Of a DNA stretch of 32,000 nucleotides, positions 16,422 to 25,093 are shown piece after piece; position 1 is the stretch's first letter, and each line of letters begins with the position of its first letter. Source of the stretch: Fastidiosibacter lacustris (GTDB taxonomy: Bacteria; Pseudomonadota; Gammaproteobacteria; Francisellales; Francisellaceae). The position numbers and the translations under genes were made by a program. The notes below the pieces were generated by a model. It worked only from the letters and a program-made list of their open reading frames with translations. It searched no databases and was not told the DNA's origin. The stretch covers positions 150,001 through 182,000 of the forward strand of contig NZ_QLIR01000002.1 of NCBI RefSeq assembly GCF_003428155.1. The letters run 5' to 3'.

Positions 16422-17057
16422 ATGAAAACAGCAAAAGTCATTGCACTTCTACAACAAAAAGGTGGCTCAGGTAAGACCACAACAGCTATGAATATTTATG
16501 GTGGATTAAAAGAATTAGGGCATAATGTTCTTGTTATTGATATGGATAAGGATAAGCCAGATGCTTGGTCATGGGCAGCAAAGAGTGAAAGTCTGGCTGA
16601 TAGTGTGATTCAAGTTGACGAAAAACATGCTAGAGAAACCATTACCGAAATTAAATCAAAAGCTGATTTCATTGTGATTGATACGCCACCTAATTTTCAA
16701 ACAGCAGCGCTAAAAGCTGCACTTTTAGCTGATTTGGTAATTATTCCCTCTGCTCCTAGCGGCATGGATTTATCCGGACTCTTAGAAGCAAAGGATTTAG
16801 CATTAACTGCTGATCGTCCTTATCGGTTATTAGGTAATCGTGTCATGAAAGGCTCAAATATGTCTAGAAGCTTGTTAAAGGTATTGGAAGAAGAAGGAAA
16901 GTCTTTTAGCACTTATATTCCACAGAGTGTAAAATTTGTAGAAGCAGAAGCATCGGGCATGTATATTGGTGATTATGCGCCAGAGAGTAATGTTCATATT
17001 CAGGTTAGGAGGTTAGCAAAAGAAATTGTAGCATTTTTTGTGGGAGTTTCTGCATGA
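16422..17057 (+). CDS. parA: ParA-family partition ATPase, short plasmid-type (211 aa)
   Basis: Deviant Walker A LLQQKGGSGKTTTAMN, Walker A' VLVIDMD and Walker B FIVIDTPP. It overlaps parB by 4 bp (ATGA). Confidence 0.9.
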   Translation: MKTAKVIALLQQKGGSGKTTTAMNIYGGLKELGHNVLVIDMDKDKPDAWSWAAKSESLADSVIQVDEKHARETITEIKSKADFIVIDTPPNFQTAALKAALLADLVIIPSAPSGMDLSGLLEAKDLALTADRPYRLLGNRVMKGSNMSRSLLKVLEEEGKSFSTYIPQSVKFVEAEASGMYIGDYAPESNVHIQVRRLAKEIVAFFVGVSA

Positions 17058-17962
17058 ATGCTAAAGTATCATTGGCGAACCGAAAGCGTATCCACGAATT
17101 AGGCAACAAAGAAGGTAATTCTGACAGCAAAAAAGATGAACTTTTGGCACTACAGCTAAAGCAATTAAATGATAAAGCACAAAGTGCAGGTACGTTGCGT
17201 GATATTAGGTTAACAGAGTTGTTACCCGATCCTAATCAACCGCGTAAAATTTTCAAAAATATCGATATGCTAGCGCAAAGTATTGAACAAAAAGGTATCA
17301 TCCAACCGATTATAGTTACGCCTAAAAAAGAAGATGGTTTTTATCATATTATTGCGGGTGAGCGACGTTTTCGAGCAGCAAAGGAATTGGGCTTGTCTGT
17401 TGTGCCGTGCATTTTACGCGAAGAAGCTGATAATGAGATTTTAATTGTTCAGTTATTAGAAAATGAACAGCGTGAAAAAGTATCTCCATTTGAAGAAGCA
17501 GATGCGCTAACCGAGTTAGTTCTAAAGCGTAAAATGAATAAGATAGATGTTGCAAAATCATTGGGGCGAGAGCCAAGTTGGGTGTCTATGCGCTTGAAAA
17601 TTGCGAAGTCTTCAGTTGCAATACGCATGTTAACGGTGGATGGTTTTATCGAAGATGTGCGTACACTTTATGAGCTGAAAAAACTAGAAGATGAGCTCCC
17701 ACAAGTAGCCAATCAATTTGTCCAAAAAGTGCGCGATAATAAGGTACATGGTGCTTATCGTCAAGCAATAAAACGTGCCAAAGAAGTTTGGTATAAAAAG
17801 CAAGAGCAGTTAGGTGGCAAAGAAAGCGCAATTCAGATAGAAGAAGTTTTGAACTTAGATGACGGGCTTATTGGTTTTAAGTCAGAAAAAGCACATGCTA
17901 GTAAGCTTTATACGTTTAAGCTATCCAAAACCGCAATCATGCAATTAAAAGAGATGCTTTAA
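17054..17962 (+). CDS. parB: ParB/KorB-family partition / DNA-binding protein
   Basis: LLPDPNQPRK, GIIQPIIV and the YHIIAGERRFRAAKELG ParB-box motifs, followed by an HTH region (IDVAKSLGREPSWVSMRLKIA). Confidence 0.9.
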   Translation: MNAKVSLANRKRIHELGNKEGNSDSKKDELLALQLKQLNDKAQSAGTLRDIRLTELLPDPNQPRKIFKNIDMLAQSIEQKGIIQPIIVTPKKEDGFYHIIAGERRFRAAKELGLSVVPCILREEADNEILIVQLLENEQREKVSPFEEADALTELVLKRKMNKIDVAKSLGREPSWVSMRLKIAKSSVAIRMLTVDGFIEDVRTLYELKKLEDELPQVANQFVQKVRDNKVHGAYRQAIKRAKEVWYKKQEQLGGKESAIQIEEVLNLDDGLIGFKSEKAHASKLYTFKLSKTAIMQLKEML

Positions 17963-17973
17963 GGTAATAAAAA

Positions 17974-18693
17974 ATGAAGGTTGCATTATTGCAAGCCGAT
18001 CATATTCCTGAGTATCGGCGATGCGTATCAGGTGGTAATTATCCTGAGATGTTTGCTAATCTTTTTTTAAAGGTCTCCACAATAGTTGATATTGATGTGT
18101 TTGATGTAACGATTGGTCAATACCCGCATGATTTAAATAAGTATGATAGATACATTATCACTGGCAGCAAAGCCACAACTTTTGAGAGATTGGATTGGAT
18201 TTACGAATTAGAAGGAAAAATACGAACCTTATATACACTTAGGAAAAAAACCATTGGTATTTGTTTTGGACACCAAATTTTGGCTCAAGCATTAGGTGGT
18301 CGTGTTGAGCGCTCTATAAAGGGATGGGGTGTGGGTGTTCAATGTATTAAAATCATGGAAAGAAGAAGTTGGATGCATCCCTTTTATGATCATTTGAGTT
18401 TAAATTTTTATCATCAAGACCAAGTTGTTACATTGCCAGATAATGCAATAATAATTGCAACAAATACATTTTGCCCGATCCAAATGTTTGTCATAGATGA
18501 TGTGGTTTGGGGGATGCAAGCACATCCTGAGATGTTGCGTGCACATAATCATCTTTTAATTAAAGAACAAAAAGAAGCATTGGCACATTGTTTTAAGCCT
18601 AGCATAGATAGTTTAAGGATGCGTGATCATGGACAAGTGGTTGCGCAGTGGATGGTAAATTTTTTTGAGGGAGTCATAAATGAAGATTGGTAG
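17974..18693 (+). CDS. Class I glutamine amidotransferase-like protein (GuaA N-terminal type)
   Basis: Nucleophile elbow IGICFGHQILAQALGG and the His-Pro-Glu motif MQAHPEM. 239 aa. Confidence 0.8.
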   Translation: MKVALLQADHIPEYRRCVSGGNYPEMFANLFLKVSTIVDIDVFDVTIGQYPHDLNKYDRYIITGSKATTFERLDWIYELEGKIRTLYTLRKKTIGICFGHQILAQALGGRVERSIKGWGVGVQCIKIMERRSWMHPFYDHLSLNFYHQDQVVTLPDNAIIIATNTFCPIQMFVIDDVVWGMQAHPEMLRAHNHLLIKEQKEALAHCFKPSIDSLRMRDHGQVVAQWMVNFFEGVINEDW

Positions 18694-19558
18694 TATTGTC
18701 GTATTTGGGGATAGCTTACAAGATAATGGGAATGTAGTTAAAACTTTAGGCATTCCAGGAGAGCCATACGATCGTGGGCGCTTTTGTAATGGTTTGGTTG
18801 CATGTGAACACTTAGCCGATATGATTAAACAAAGGCAAGGTGCAGCGGCGATGATGCTTACGAATTATGCCATTGGTGGTGCATATACTACAGGTAAGAA
18901 CCCAAAATCACTCTTAACCGATCACGCATTTTCAGTGTGTCAGCAGATTGATCGTTTTGTAGCACTAGAAGGTCGATTTCAACATGATTCATTAGTGATG
19001 ATAAATGGTGGCGGTAATAACTTTTTATTTGCTATTCATAACGAAAAGCCATACTTTAATTTACCTGCTGTGTATCGTGTTGCCAGTGATCTTGTAAGGA
19101 GTGTTGATCGTATCGTTAAATTGGGTGCACGCAACATCGTGGTTTGGAACGTTCCTGATGTGACGGTAGCACCTGCTTATAAAGTTATACCCTTGCCAGG
19201 CTGGTTAGTCGTAAATCTTAAAAAATATATTAAAAAGCATATTGTCAAAGAAAACAAAAAACTAAGTCAAGGTATCTTGGAACTGCAAAAGAAGTACCCT
19301 GATGTACAGATTAGGCTTTTTGATGCTTATTCATTCTTACATGAAGCATTAGACTCACCTTTGGCATTTGGTTTTGAGGATGCAGTAGAGGCTTGTGTTA
19401 AGAGTTTTGGTGGGGTAGATGCAAAAGGGGAAATTCAAAAAGATATTTCAATTGAACATGATCCACAAACCTATTTGTTTTGGGACTATGTTCATCCAAC
19501 TGCAAAAGCACAAAAAATGTTGGCTGAGCGTATTTTTACACTCATCTACCCATTATAA
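18680..19558 (+). CDS. SGNH/GDSL-family lipase/acylhydrolase, no signal peptide
   Basis: Block I IVVFGDSLQDNGN lies at residues 6-18, block III is GGGNNF and block V is WDYVHPT. The RBS gagggag lies 6 nt before the ATG. It overlaps the upstream gene by 14 bp. Confidence 0.85.
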   Translation: MKIGSIVVFGDSLQDNGNVVKTLGIPGEPYDRGRFCNGLVACEHLADMIKQRQGAAAMMLTNYAIGGAYTTGKNPKSLLTDHAFSVCQQIDRFVALEGRFQHDSLVMINGGGNNFLFAIHNEKPYFNLPAVYRVASDLVRSVDRIVKLGARNIVVWNVPDVTVAPAYKVIPLPGWLVVNLKKYIKKHIVKENKKLSQGILELQKKYPDVQIRLFDAYSFLHEALDSPLAFGFEDAVEACVKSFGGVDAKGEIQKDISIEHDPQTYLFWDYVHPTAKAQKMLAERIFTLIYPL

Positions 19559-19715
19559 AAATACCCTTGAACTATGTGTTTATTTCTTCCAAGGAAAGGT
19601 ATCAAAATGCTTGAGAGTTCACGATCTTTAAGCTATTATGTGCTGCGTTTTTATTTTGCGGTATCTAGGATGGGCCTAGGTGGCGGCAATAAAATTGATA
19701 AAGAGGTTTTAACTT

Positions 19716-19934
19716 ATGAATACTGAAATTCAACCAAAATACGAAAAGGTAAATGTGAGCTGTAGCTGTGGTAATACATTTGAAACATATTCTACAAAAT
19801 GTGCTGATATTAATTTGGATGTCTGCTCTATGTGCCATCCGTTTTATACTGGTAAACAACGTGTTGTGGATACAGCTGGGCGTGTTGATAGCTTCCAAAA
19901 ACGTTTTGGTAGTCTTAAGTCGCGCAAGGTCTAA
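19716..19934 (+). CDS. rpmE: 50S ribosomal protein L31 (Zn-ribbon type)
   Basis: 72 aa: [27 protein letters not shown]...[29 protein letters not shown]. The CxC...CxxC zinc motif is intact. Confidence 0.95.
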   Translation: MNTEIQPKYEKVNVSCSCGNTFETYSTKCADINLDVCSMCHPFYTGKQRVVDTAGRVDSFQKRFGSLKSRKV

Positions 19935-19973
19935 ATAGCTTAGCTGCTTGAGTTTTGAAGCAGTAATACAAAT

Positions 19974-20007
19974 AAAAAAGGCGCTCAGTTTAGGCGCCTT
20001 TTTTATT
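19974..20007. terminator. Rho-independent terminator of rpmE (bidirectional A-tract/stem/T-tract)
   Basis: aaaaaaGGCGC tcagttta GCGCCtttttt. The stem is GGCGC/GCGCC, extended by A6/T6. Confidence 0.8.
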
Positions 20008-20086
20008 TGTGCAAAGAATCCGTGCTCAAATGAGGGTATGGAAGATAAATTGAGCGCTTCAGATGGGGGCTGAAGTTCTTTGCACA
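20008..20086. other. 79-nt nested inverted-repeat element predicted to fold as a three-way junction (candidate small RNA / cis-regulatory RNA; strand unknown)
   Basis: P1: tgtgcaaagaa 20008-20018 pairs with ttctttgcaca 20076-20086 (11 bp, perfect). P2: gctcaa 20024-20029 / ttgagc 20050-20055, with a 20-nt loop. P3: cttcag 20057-20062 / ctgaag 20070-20075, with a 7-nt loop atggggg. Confidence 0.4.
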
Positions 20087-20365
20087 CGCGTCAAGATTAA
20101 TCACGTTAATGATTAATGTAAAGGGGTGTTGTGTAAGAAGCTGAAGAATTTGTATGTTTTTTTGTTATATCTATAAGTAAATCTTATGCTTTTTGTAATT
20201 AATATACTCTACATTTTAATGTAGAAAGTCCTAATGTGATAAAGGTATCGTTGCTTTAGCTTTAAAAAAAGCAATCTTTATACGGTTGTTTTTATTGTTT
20301 TCTGCTAGGGGCATAAATAAAATGTGAGCTGTTTGTTAAATCCTGTCAATTGCAAGGAATTTTTA

Positions 20366-21457
20366 ATGTTATTATGGCTCACAAATTGGCTAAGCCAGTA
20401 CTTTAATCCATTTCATATTTTTGGGAGTTATGTGACAGTTCGTGCGTTGATGGCTGCTCTTAGTGCACTTATCATCAGCCTTTTTATGGGTAAATCAGTG
20501 ATTAGATGGCTGACGAATATGCAGATTGGTCAAGTGGTACGTGACGATGGTCCACAAACCCATTTAGTCAAAAAAAACACCCCAACTATGGGGGGATGCT
20601 TAATTATTTTTTCAATAATAATTGCAATTTTATTATGGGCAAAATTAAGTAGTCCATTTATTTGGGTGCTTTTGTTTGTATTAGTGAGTTTTGGATTGAT
20701 TGGCTTTTTAGATGATTTTTTAAAACTGGTATTAAGGCATCCAAAAGGATTAAAGGCAAAATATAAATATTTGATGCAGTCGGCGTTTGCGCTTGTGGCA
20801 ATGGTATGGATTTATTGGCTTTTAAACAGTTATATGGACTTTAGTTTATCGATTCCATTTAGCAAAAATTTATCTATTCCATTAGGATTTGGGGTAATTG
20901 TATTAGGTTATTTTGTTATTGTTGGTAGCAGTAATGCAGTAAATTTAACGGATGGTTTAGATGGACTTGCAATCTTGCCTATTGTATTAGTAGCGTCAGG
21001 TTTAGGAATATATGCTTATGTGATTACAAATAGTGCTTTCGCTGGGCATTTACTTTTTGATTATATGTCAAATGTAGGCATTGAGGAGCTTGTTGTATTT
21101 TGTGCAGCAATTGCAGGCGCGGGTTTTGGTTTTTTATGGTTTAATGCCTATCCTGCTGATGTGTTTATGGGGGACGTTGGCTCTTTAGCTCTAGGGGCAA
21201 TACTTGGTACCGTTGCAATTATTATTCGCCAGGAGCTTGTGTTTTTTATCATGGGATTTTTGTTTGTTATGGAAACGGTATCTGTGATTTTACAAGTAGG
21301 ATCATACAAACTTAGAAAGAAACGTATTTTTAAAATGGCGCCTCTACACCATCACTTTGAATTAAAAGGTTGGTCAGAGACAAAAGTGGTTGTGCGTTTT
21401 TGGATTTTAACAGTGATTTTTGTATTGATTGGTTTGGCAGCGTTAAAAGTACGTTAA
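20366..21457 (+). CDS. mraY: Phospho-N-acetylmuramoyl-pentapeptide transferase
   Basis: MLLWLTNWL... mirrors the E. coli MraY N-terminus MLVWLAEHL. Motifs: [39 protein letters not shown]. The track ORF starts 14 codons earlier, at 20324. I prefer ATG 20366, which gives 364 aa. Confidence 0.93.
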   Translation: MLLWLTNWLSQYFNPFHIFGSYVTVRALMAALSALIISLFMGKSVIRWLTNMQIGQVVRDDGPQTHLVKKNTPTMGGCLIIFSIIIAILLWAKLSSPFIWVLLFVLVSFGLIGFLDDFLKLVLRHPKGLKAKYKYLMQSAFALVAMVWIYWLLNSYMDFSLSIPFSKNLSIPLGFGVIVLGYFVIVGSSNAVNLTDGLDGLAILPIVLVASGLGIYAYVITNSAFAGHLLFDYMSNVGIEELVVFCAAIAGAGFGFLWFNAYPADVFMGDVGSLALGAILGTVAIIIRQELVFFIMGFLFVMETVSVILQVGSYKLRKKRIFKMAPLHHHFELKGWSETKVVVRFWILTVIFVLIGLAALKVR

Positions 21458-21472
21458 AGATGGGGCAATTAG

Positions 21473-22798
21473 ATGAATAGACCAATATTTTTTTACCAAA
21501 ATCGCGAAATTAAAAAGGTACTTATTGTTGGTTTAGGCATATCTGGTTTCTCGGTATTTAAGTGGTTTAATCAATATGACGTTATCATTGATACTTATGA
21601 TCAAAAACATTATGAAGTAAGCACAAATGCTTATTTTGACGATTTTAACGCCCTTGAATTGATGCATTATGATTTAATTGTAGTAGCGCCTGGTATTCCA
21701 ATCAATAAAGCACCTTTTAATCGACTTTCTCAATATTGGGATAAAGTAGTTGGTGATATTGAGTTATTTGCTTTAGAAGTAAAACCATTAGGACAAAAAA
21801 TGCTTGCAATTAGCGGTTCAAATGGTAAAAGTACAACTGTTTCACTACTTTATCATGTGTTACGTGATCTGGACATAAAAGTAGCATTAGGTGGAAATAT
21901 TGGTACACCTGCATTGAGCTTAATTGATCCAAAAGTCCAAGTGTATGTGCTAGAAATTTCTAGTTTTCAAATTGATTTATTAAAAAAAGCACAGTTTGAT
22001 GTAGGTTGTGTGTTGAATATATCACCTGATCACTTGGATCGTTATCCAAACTATGCGGCATATTGTCAGTCAAAGCTTAAGCTTTTTGAGCATAGTCATT
22101 ATAAAGTAACAAATGGCAAGCAACGAGAATTAATCCTCGCAGACAAAGCAAATATGAGTTATTTTAATTCAAAAGACTGTTGGATAGATGGTAAAACGTT
22201 GTTTTTTCAAGGACAGTTGTTTTGTACAACTGATGAGCTCCTTTTGCAAGGAGCCCATAACCTTGAAAATATATTAGCAGTCTTGTTGGTATTAGAAAGT
22301 TTAATGGATTTAAATGAAGCTGCATGGGCAAAAATAAAGCAATCAATTAGGCATTTTCGTGGTTTACCACATCGTTGCCAATTGGTTGCCACAATTAATG
22401 GTGTAAAATACATTAATGATTCAAAGGGAACTAATATTGGTGCAGTAGAGGCTGCATTGAATGGCTTAGCGCAGGATGAAAAGAATATCATTATTTTCCT
22501 TGGTGGGTTAGCTAAGGGTGCGGATTTTAGCATGCTTATTCCTGCATTAAAAAAATCTGTTAAGAAAGCGATCATCTACGGTCAGGATAGATTGCTCATT
22601 ACAAAAGCCCTGGAAAAAGATATAGAATGTATAATTTACCCTCACCTTGATGAAGCATTTGCTACAAGCTTCGCATTCGCAAAACAAGGAGATATTGTGC
22701 TATTATCGCCAGGGTGCGCAAGTTTTGACGCATTTTCTGGGTTTGTACAGCGTGGTGAGTATTTTGAACAATTAGTCAATCAATATAAGGTCCAGTAG
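21473..22798 (+). CDS. murD: UDP-N-acetylmuramoylalanine--D-glutamate ligase
   Basis: N-terminal Rossmann motif VGLGISG, the Mur ligase P-loop ISGSNGKSTT and DSKGTN. Its position between mraY and ftsW is canonical. Confidence 0.92.
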   Translation: MNRPIFFYQNREIKKVLIVGLGISGFSVFKWFNQYDVIIDTYDQKHYEVSTNAYFDDFNALELMHYDLIVVAPGIPINKAPFNRLSQYWDKVVGDIELFALEVKPLGQKMLAISGSNGKSTTVSLLYHVLRDLDIKVALGGNIGTPALSLIDPKVQVYVLEISSFQIDLLKKAQFDVGCVLNISPDHLDRYPNYAAYCQSKLKLFEHSHYKVTNGKQRELILADKANMSYFNSKDCWIDGKTLFFQGQLFCTTDELLLQGAHNLENILAVLLVLESLMDLNEAAWAKIKQSIRHFRGLPHRCQLVATINGVKYINDSKGTNIGAVEAALNGLAQDEKNIIIFLGGLAKGADFSMLIPALKKSVKKAIIYGQDRLLITKALEKDIECIIYPHLDEAFATSFAFAKQGDIVLLSPGCASFDAFSGFVQRGEYFEQLVNQYKVQ

Positions 22799-24030
22799 TG
22801 TTGTTTTTTATTCGGAATTTATTTAGTCAGCGCAATACTAAGAAAGTACGTTTAAGAGCGAACATTGAACTTGATATGGCATTTGTTTTTTTTGTGTTGG
22901 GATTGCTTGCTTTTGGTTGGGTTATGATTACCTCTGCTTCAATGGTGGATGCTAATTATGACTATGGAAACCCTTATTTTTACTGCATTCGTCAGGGTTT
23001 TTTTGCCGTTTTAGGCATTATTGCTATGACTGGGGCTTTACTAATACCAACGGATAACTACCAAAAGATTTATAAGCTATGGTTGGTCGTTGCATTTGTG
23101 CTTTTGATTGCAGTATTAATTCCACATATTGGACGTGAAGTGAATGGTTCAAGGCGTTGGATTCCCTTGTTTGTCATTAATGTTCAGGTATCAGAGCTTG
23201 TAAAGCTATGTGCAATTATGTATTTTTCTTCTTACTTGGTTCGTTTTGGTGATTTGGCCAGGGACACTTTAAAAGGTGTAATCAAGCCACTTATTATCTT
23301 AGCAGCTATTGCTGGATTATTATTAAGAGAGCCAGATTTTGGTGCTTGTGTTGTGATGTTTACCTGTGTGTTTGGCATTATGTTTATGGCTGGTGTTAAA
23401 CTTAGGTGGTTCATTATTTTGATTGTATTAGGTGGCGTTGCTGCAACTTTTTTAGTGCTATTTGAACCCTATCGCTTGGCACGTTTAAATGGGTTTTTAG
23501 ATCCGTGGGCAGATGCTAATAACACAGGCTATCAATTGGTTCAGGCGTTGATTGCCTATGGGCGAGGGGGGTGGCTTGGAGACGGACTAGGCAGTGGGAT
23601 CCAAAAGCAGTTTTTCTTACCAGAGGCACATACCGATTTTATTGTCTCAGTCATCGCGGAAGAATTAGGTGTGGTGGGCGTTATAGTATTGTTAGCCGTT
23701 TATACTTACCTTATATGGAAAGGCATGAGAATTGCGAGTTTTGCCTATCAGCTGCAACGTTACTTTCAAAGCTATATTGCCTATGGCATTAGCTTTTGGG
23801 TTGCATTTCAGGTAATCGTTAATATTGGTGTTAATATTGGTGTTTTGCCAACTAAAGGTTTGACCTTACCATTAATTAGTTATGGTGGTAGTAGCTTATT
23901 GATTATGTGCTTTGCTCTAGGGATTTTGCTTAGGATTGACTTTGAAAATAAAGTTATTGCAGATGAGATTTCACCAAGATATGTTTATAAAAAAGTAAGA
24001 GGGAGTAGACAAGTTGATAGAGATATATGA
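22798..24030 (+). CDS. ftsW: SEDS-family peptidoglycan glycosyltransferase FtsW
   Basis: Polytopic membrane protein with the motifs LQPSE-like VQVSELVKL, PDFG, PEAHTDFI and LPTKGLTLPLISYGGSS. GTG start overlaps the murD stop (TAGTG). The FtsW call over RodA rests on position after murD. Confidence 0.88.
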   Translation: MLFFIRNLFSQRNTKKVRLRANIELDMAFVFFVLGLLAFGWVMITSASMVDANYDYGNPYFYCIRQGFFAVLGIIAMTGALLIPTDNYQKIYKLWLVVAFVLLIAVLIPHIGREVNGSRRWIPLFVINVQVSELVKLCAIMYFSSYLVRFGDLARDTLKGVIKPLIILAAIAGLLLREPDFGACVVMFTCVFGIMFMAGVKLRWFIILIVLGGVAATFLVLFEPYRLARLNGFLDPWADANNTGYQLVQALIAYGRGGWLGDGLGSGIQKQFFLPEAHTDFIVSVIAEELGVVGVIVLLAVYTYLIWKGMRIASFAYQLQRYFQSYIAYGISFWVAFQVIVNIGVNIGVLPTKGLTLPLISYGGSSLLIMCFALGILLRIDFENKVIADEISPRYVYKKVRGSRQVDRDI

Positions 24031-25081
24031 CAAAACAGATAACATACGCATTAAAGACAAGCGCAACTTGGTACCTTCTGGTGTCATCCATGACGAACAT
24101 CCGATCACCAAGGAGGCAATTACAACAGTAATTGCAGCAAGAAAAGCCGTTTCAAATGTTTTGCACGATAAAGATGACCGACTTGTTGTGGTGGTAGGAC
24201 CTTGCTCTGTACATGATGTGAAAGCAGCTAAAGAATACGCACAGTTATTGCTTAAAGAGGCTAAAAAACACAGTAATGAACTTGTGATTATCATGCGTGT
24301 ATATTTTGAAAAACCTCGCACAACAGTTGGTTGGAAAGGGTTAATCAATGATCCTGATTTGGACAATAGTTTTAAAATCAATAAAGGTTTGCGTATGGCA
24401 CGCCAATTGCTTTTGGATATTTCTGACATGGGATTGCCTTGTGCAACCGAGTTTTTAGATGTGATTAGTCCGCAATATATTTCTGATTTAATTGCATGGG
24501 GTGCAATTGGCGCGCGTACAACAGAAAGCCAAATACATCGTGAGTTAGCCTCTGGATTATCATGTCCAATAGGATTTAAAAATGGCACTAAAGGTAGTAT
24601 TGGCATTGCAGTGGATGCAGTACGTGCAGCTAAATCCAAACATCACTTTTTGGGTGTGACAAAACAAGGTACCACAGCGATTTTTGAAACAACAGGTAAC
24701 AGTGATGCACATATCATTTTAAGAGGTGGCAACGATGGTCCAAACTATGAGAAGGTACATGTGGACTATGCAGCAGAAGCCTTAAAACCTCATAATTTGC
24801 CACATAAGGTGATGATTGATTGTAGTCATGGCAATAGCAGTAAAGATTATAAGAAGCAAACGGTTGTTATTGAAGATATTTGTCAACAAGTCAATGCGGG
24901 TAGTGATAATATTTTTGGCGTGATGATTGAAAGCAATTTAAAAGAAGGCAACCAATCGATATTCGTTACACCTCTAGAATATGGTAAAAGCATTACCGAT
25001 GCTTGTGTTGGTTGGCAAGAAACAGTAGAAATGTTGGACAAGCTTGCTCAAGCGGTTAAAGCACAACGTCATTTAGGATAA
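24014..25081 (+). CDS. aroG: 3-deoxy-7-phosphoheptulonate (DAHP) synthase, class I-alpha (AroG/F/H type)
   Basis: Very strong by-eye match to E. coli AroG: GPCSVHD, MRVYFEKPRTTVGWKGLINDP, AIGARTTESQIHRELASGLSCPIGFKNGT, HIILRGG and YGKSITDACVGW. TTG start at 24014 overlaps the ftsW 3' end by 17 nt; no in-frame ATG lies nearby. Isozyme and feedback specificity cannot be determined, so the symbol is approximate. Confidence 0.9.
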   Translation: MIEIYDKTDNIRIKDKRNLVPSGVIHDEHPITKEAITTVIAARKAVSNVLHDKDDRLVVVVGPCSVHDVKAAKEYAQLLLKEAKKHSNELVIIMRVYFEKPRTTVGWKGLINDPDLDNSFKINKGLRMARQLLLDISDMGLPCATEFLDVISPQYISDLIAWGAIGARTTESQIHRELASGLSCPIGFKNGTKGSIGIAVDAVRAAKSKHHFLGVTKQGTTAIFETTGNSDAHIILRGGNDGPNYEKVHVDYAAEALKPHNLPHKVMIDCSHGNSSKDYKKQTVVIEDICQQVNAGSDNIFGVMIESNLKEGNQSIFVTPLEYGKSITDACVGWQETVEMLDKLAQAVKAQRHLG

Positions 25082-25093
25082 GTTTTATAAATC

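Noticed and set aside
19665-20087. 140-aa minus-strand ORF spanning rpmE and its terminator
   Set aside because: It is antisense to the conserved L31 gene and runs through the terminator hairpin and the structured element. The translation is low-complexity with no recognisable features.
20324-20365. N-terminal extensions offered by the ORF track for mraY (20324), the permease (28038) and the LuxR-type regulator (3730)
   Set aside because: Internal ATGs give N-termini matching the family consensus (MraY MLLWL..., permease MQKSLGG... with a GGAGG RBS). The extensions add residues uncharacteristic of these families. The LuxR start remains ambiguous.
22207-22575. 122-aa and 60-aa minus-strand ORFs inside murD. 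Similar short ORFs lie at 85-270, 1214-1438, 4226-4417, 7115-7315, 7553-7795, 14928-15131, 15604-15876, 17349-17576, 17646-17831, 19419-19631, 23232-23414, 23571-23792 and 27561-27743.
   Set aside because: All are nested in, or antisense to, longer ORFs with clear family motifs or better coding character. None has independent support.
23821-23844. Perfect 12-bp tandem duplication aatattggtgtt x2 inside ftsW (encodes NIGVNIGV)
   Set aside because: An alignment with E. coli FtsW (QALVNVGAAAGMLPTKG) shows the same length, so this is not an insertion or slippage polymorphism that alters the protein. It is a coincidental repeat within a conserved segment.
23971-24639. 222-aa ORF on the minus strand
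   Set aside because: It is entirely antisense to the strongly supported DAHP synthase and the ftsW 3' end. It has no motif or RBS and looks like a shadow ORF.
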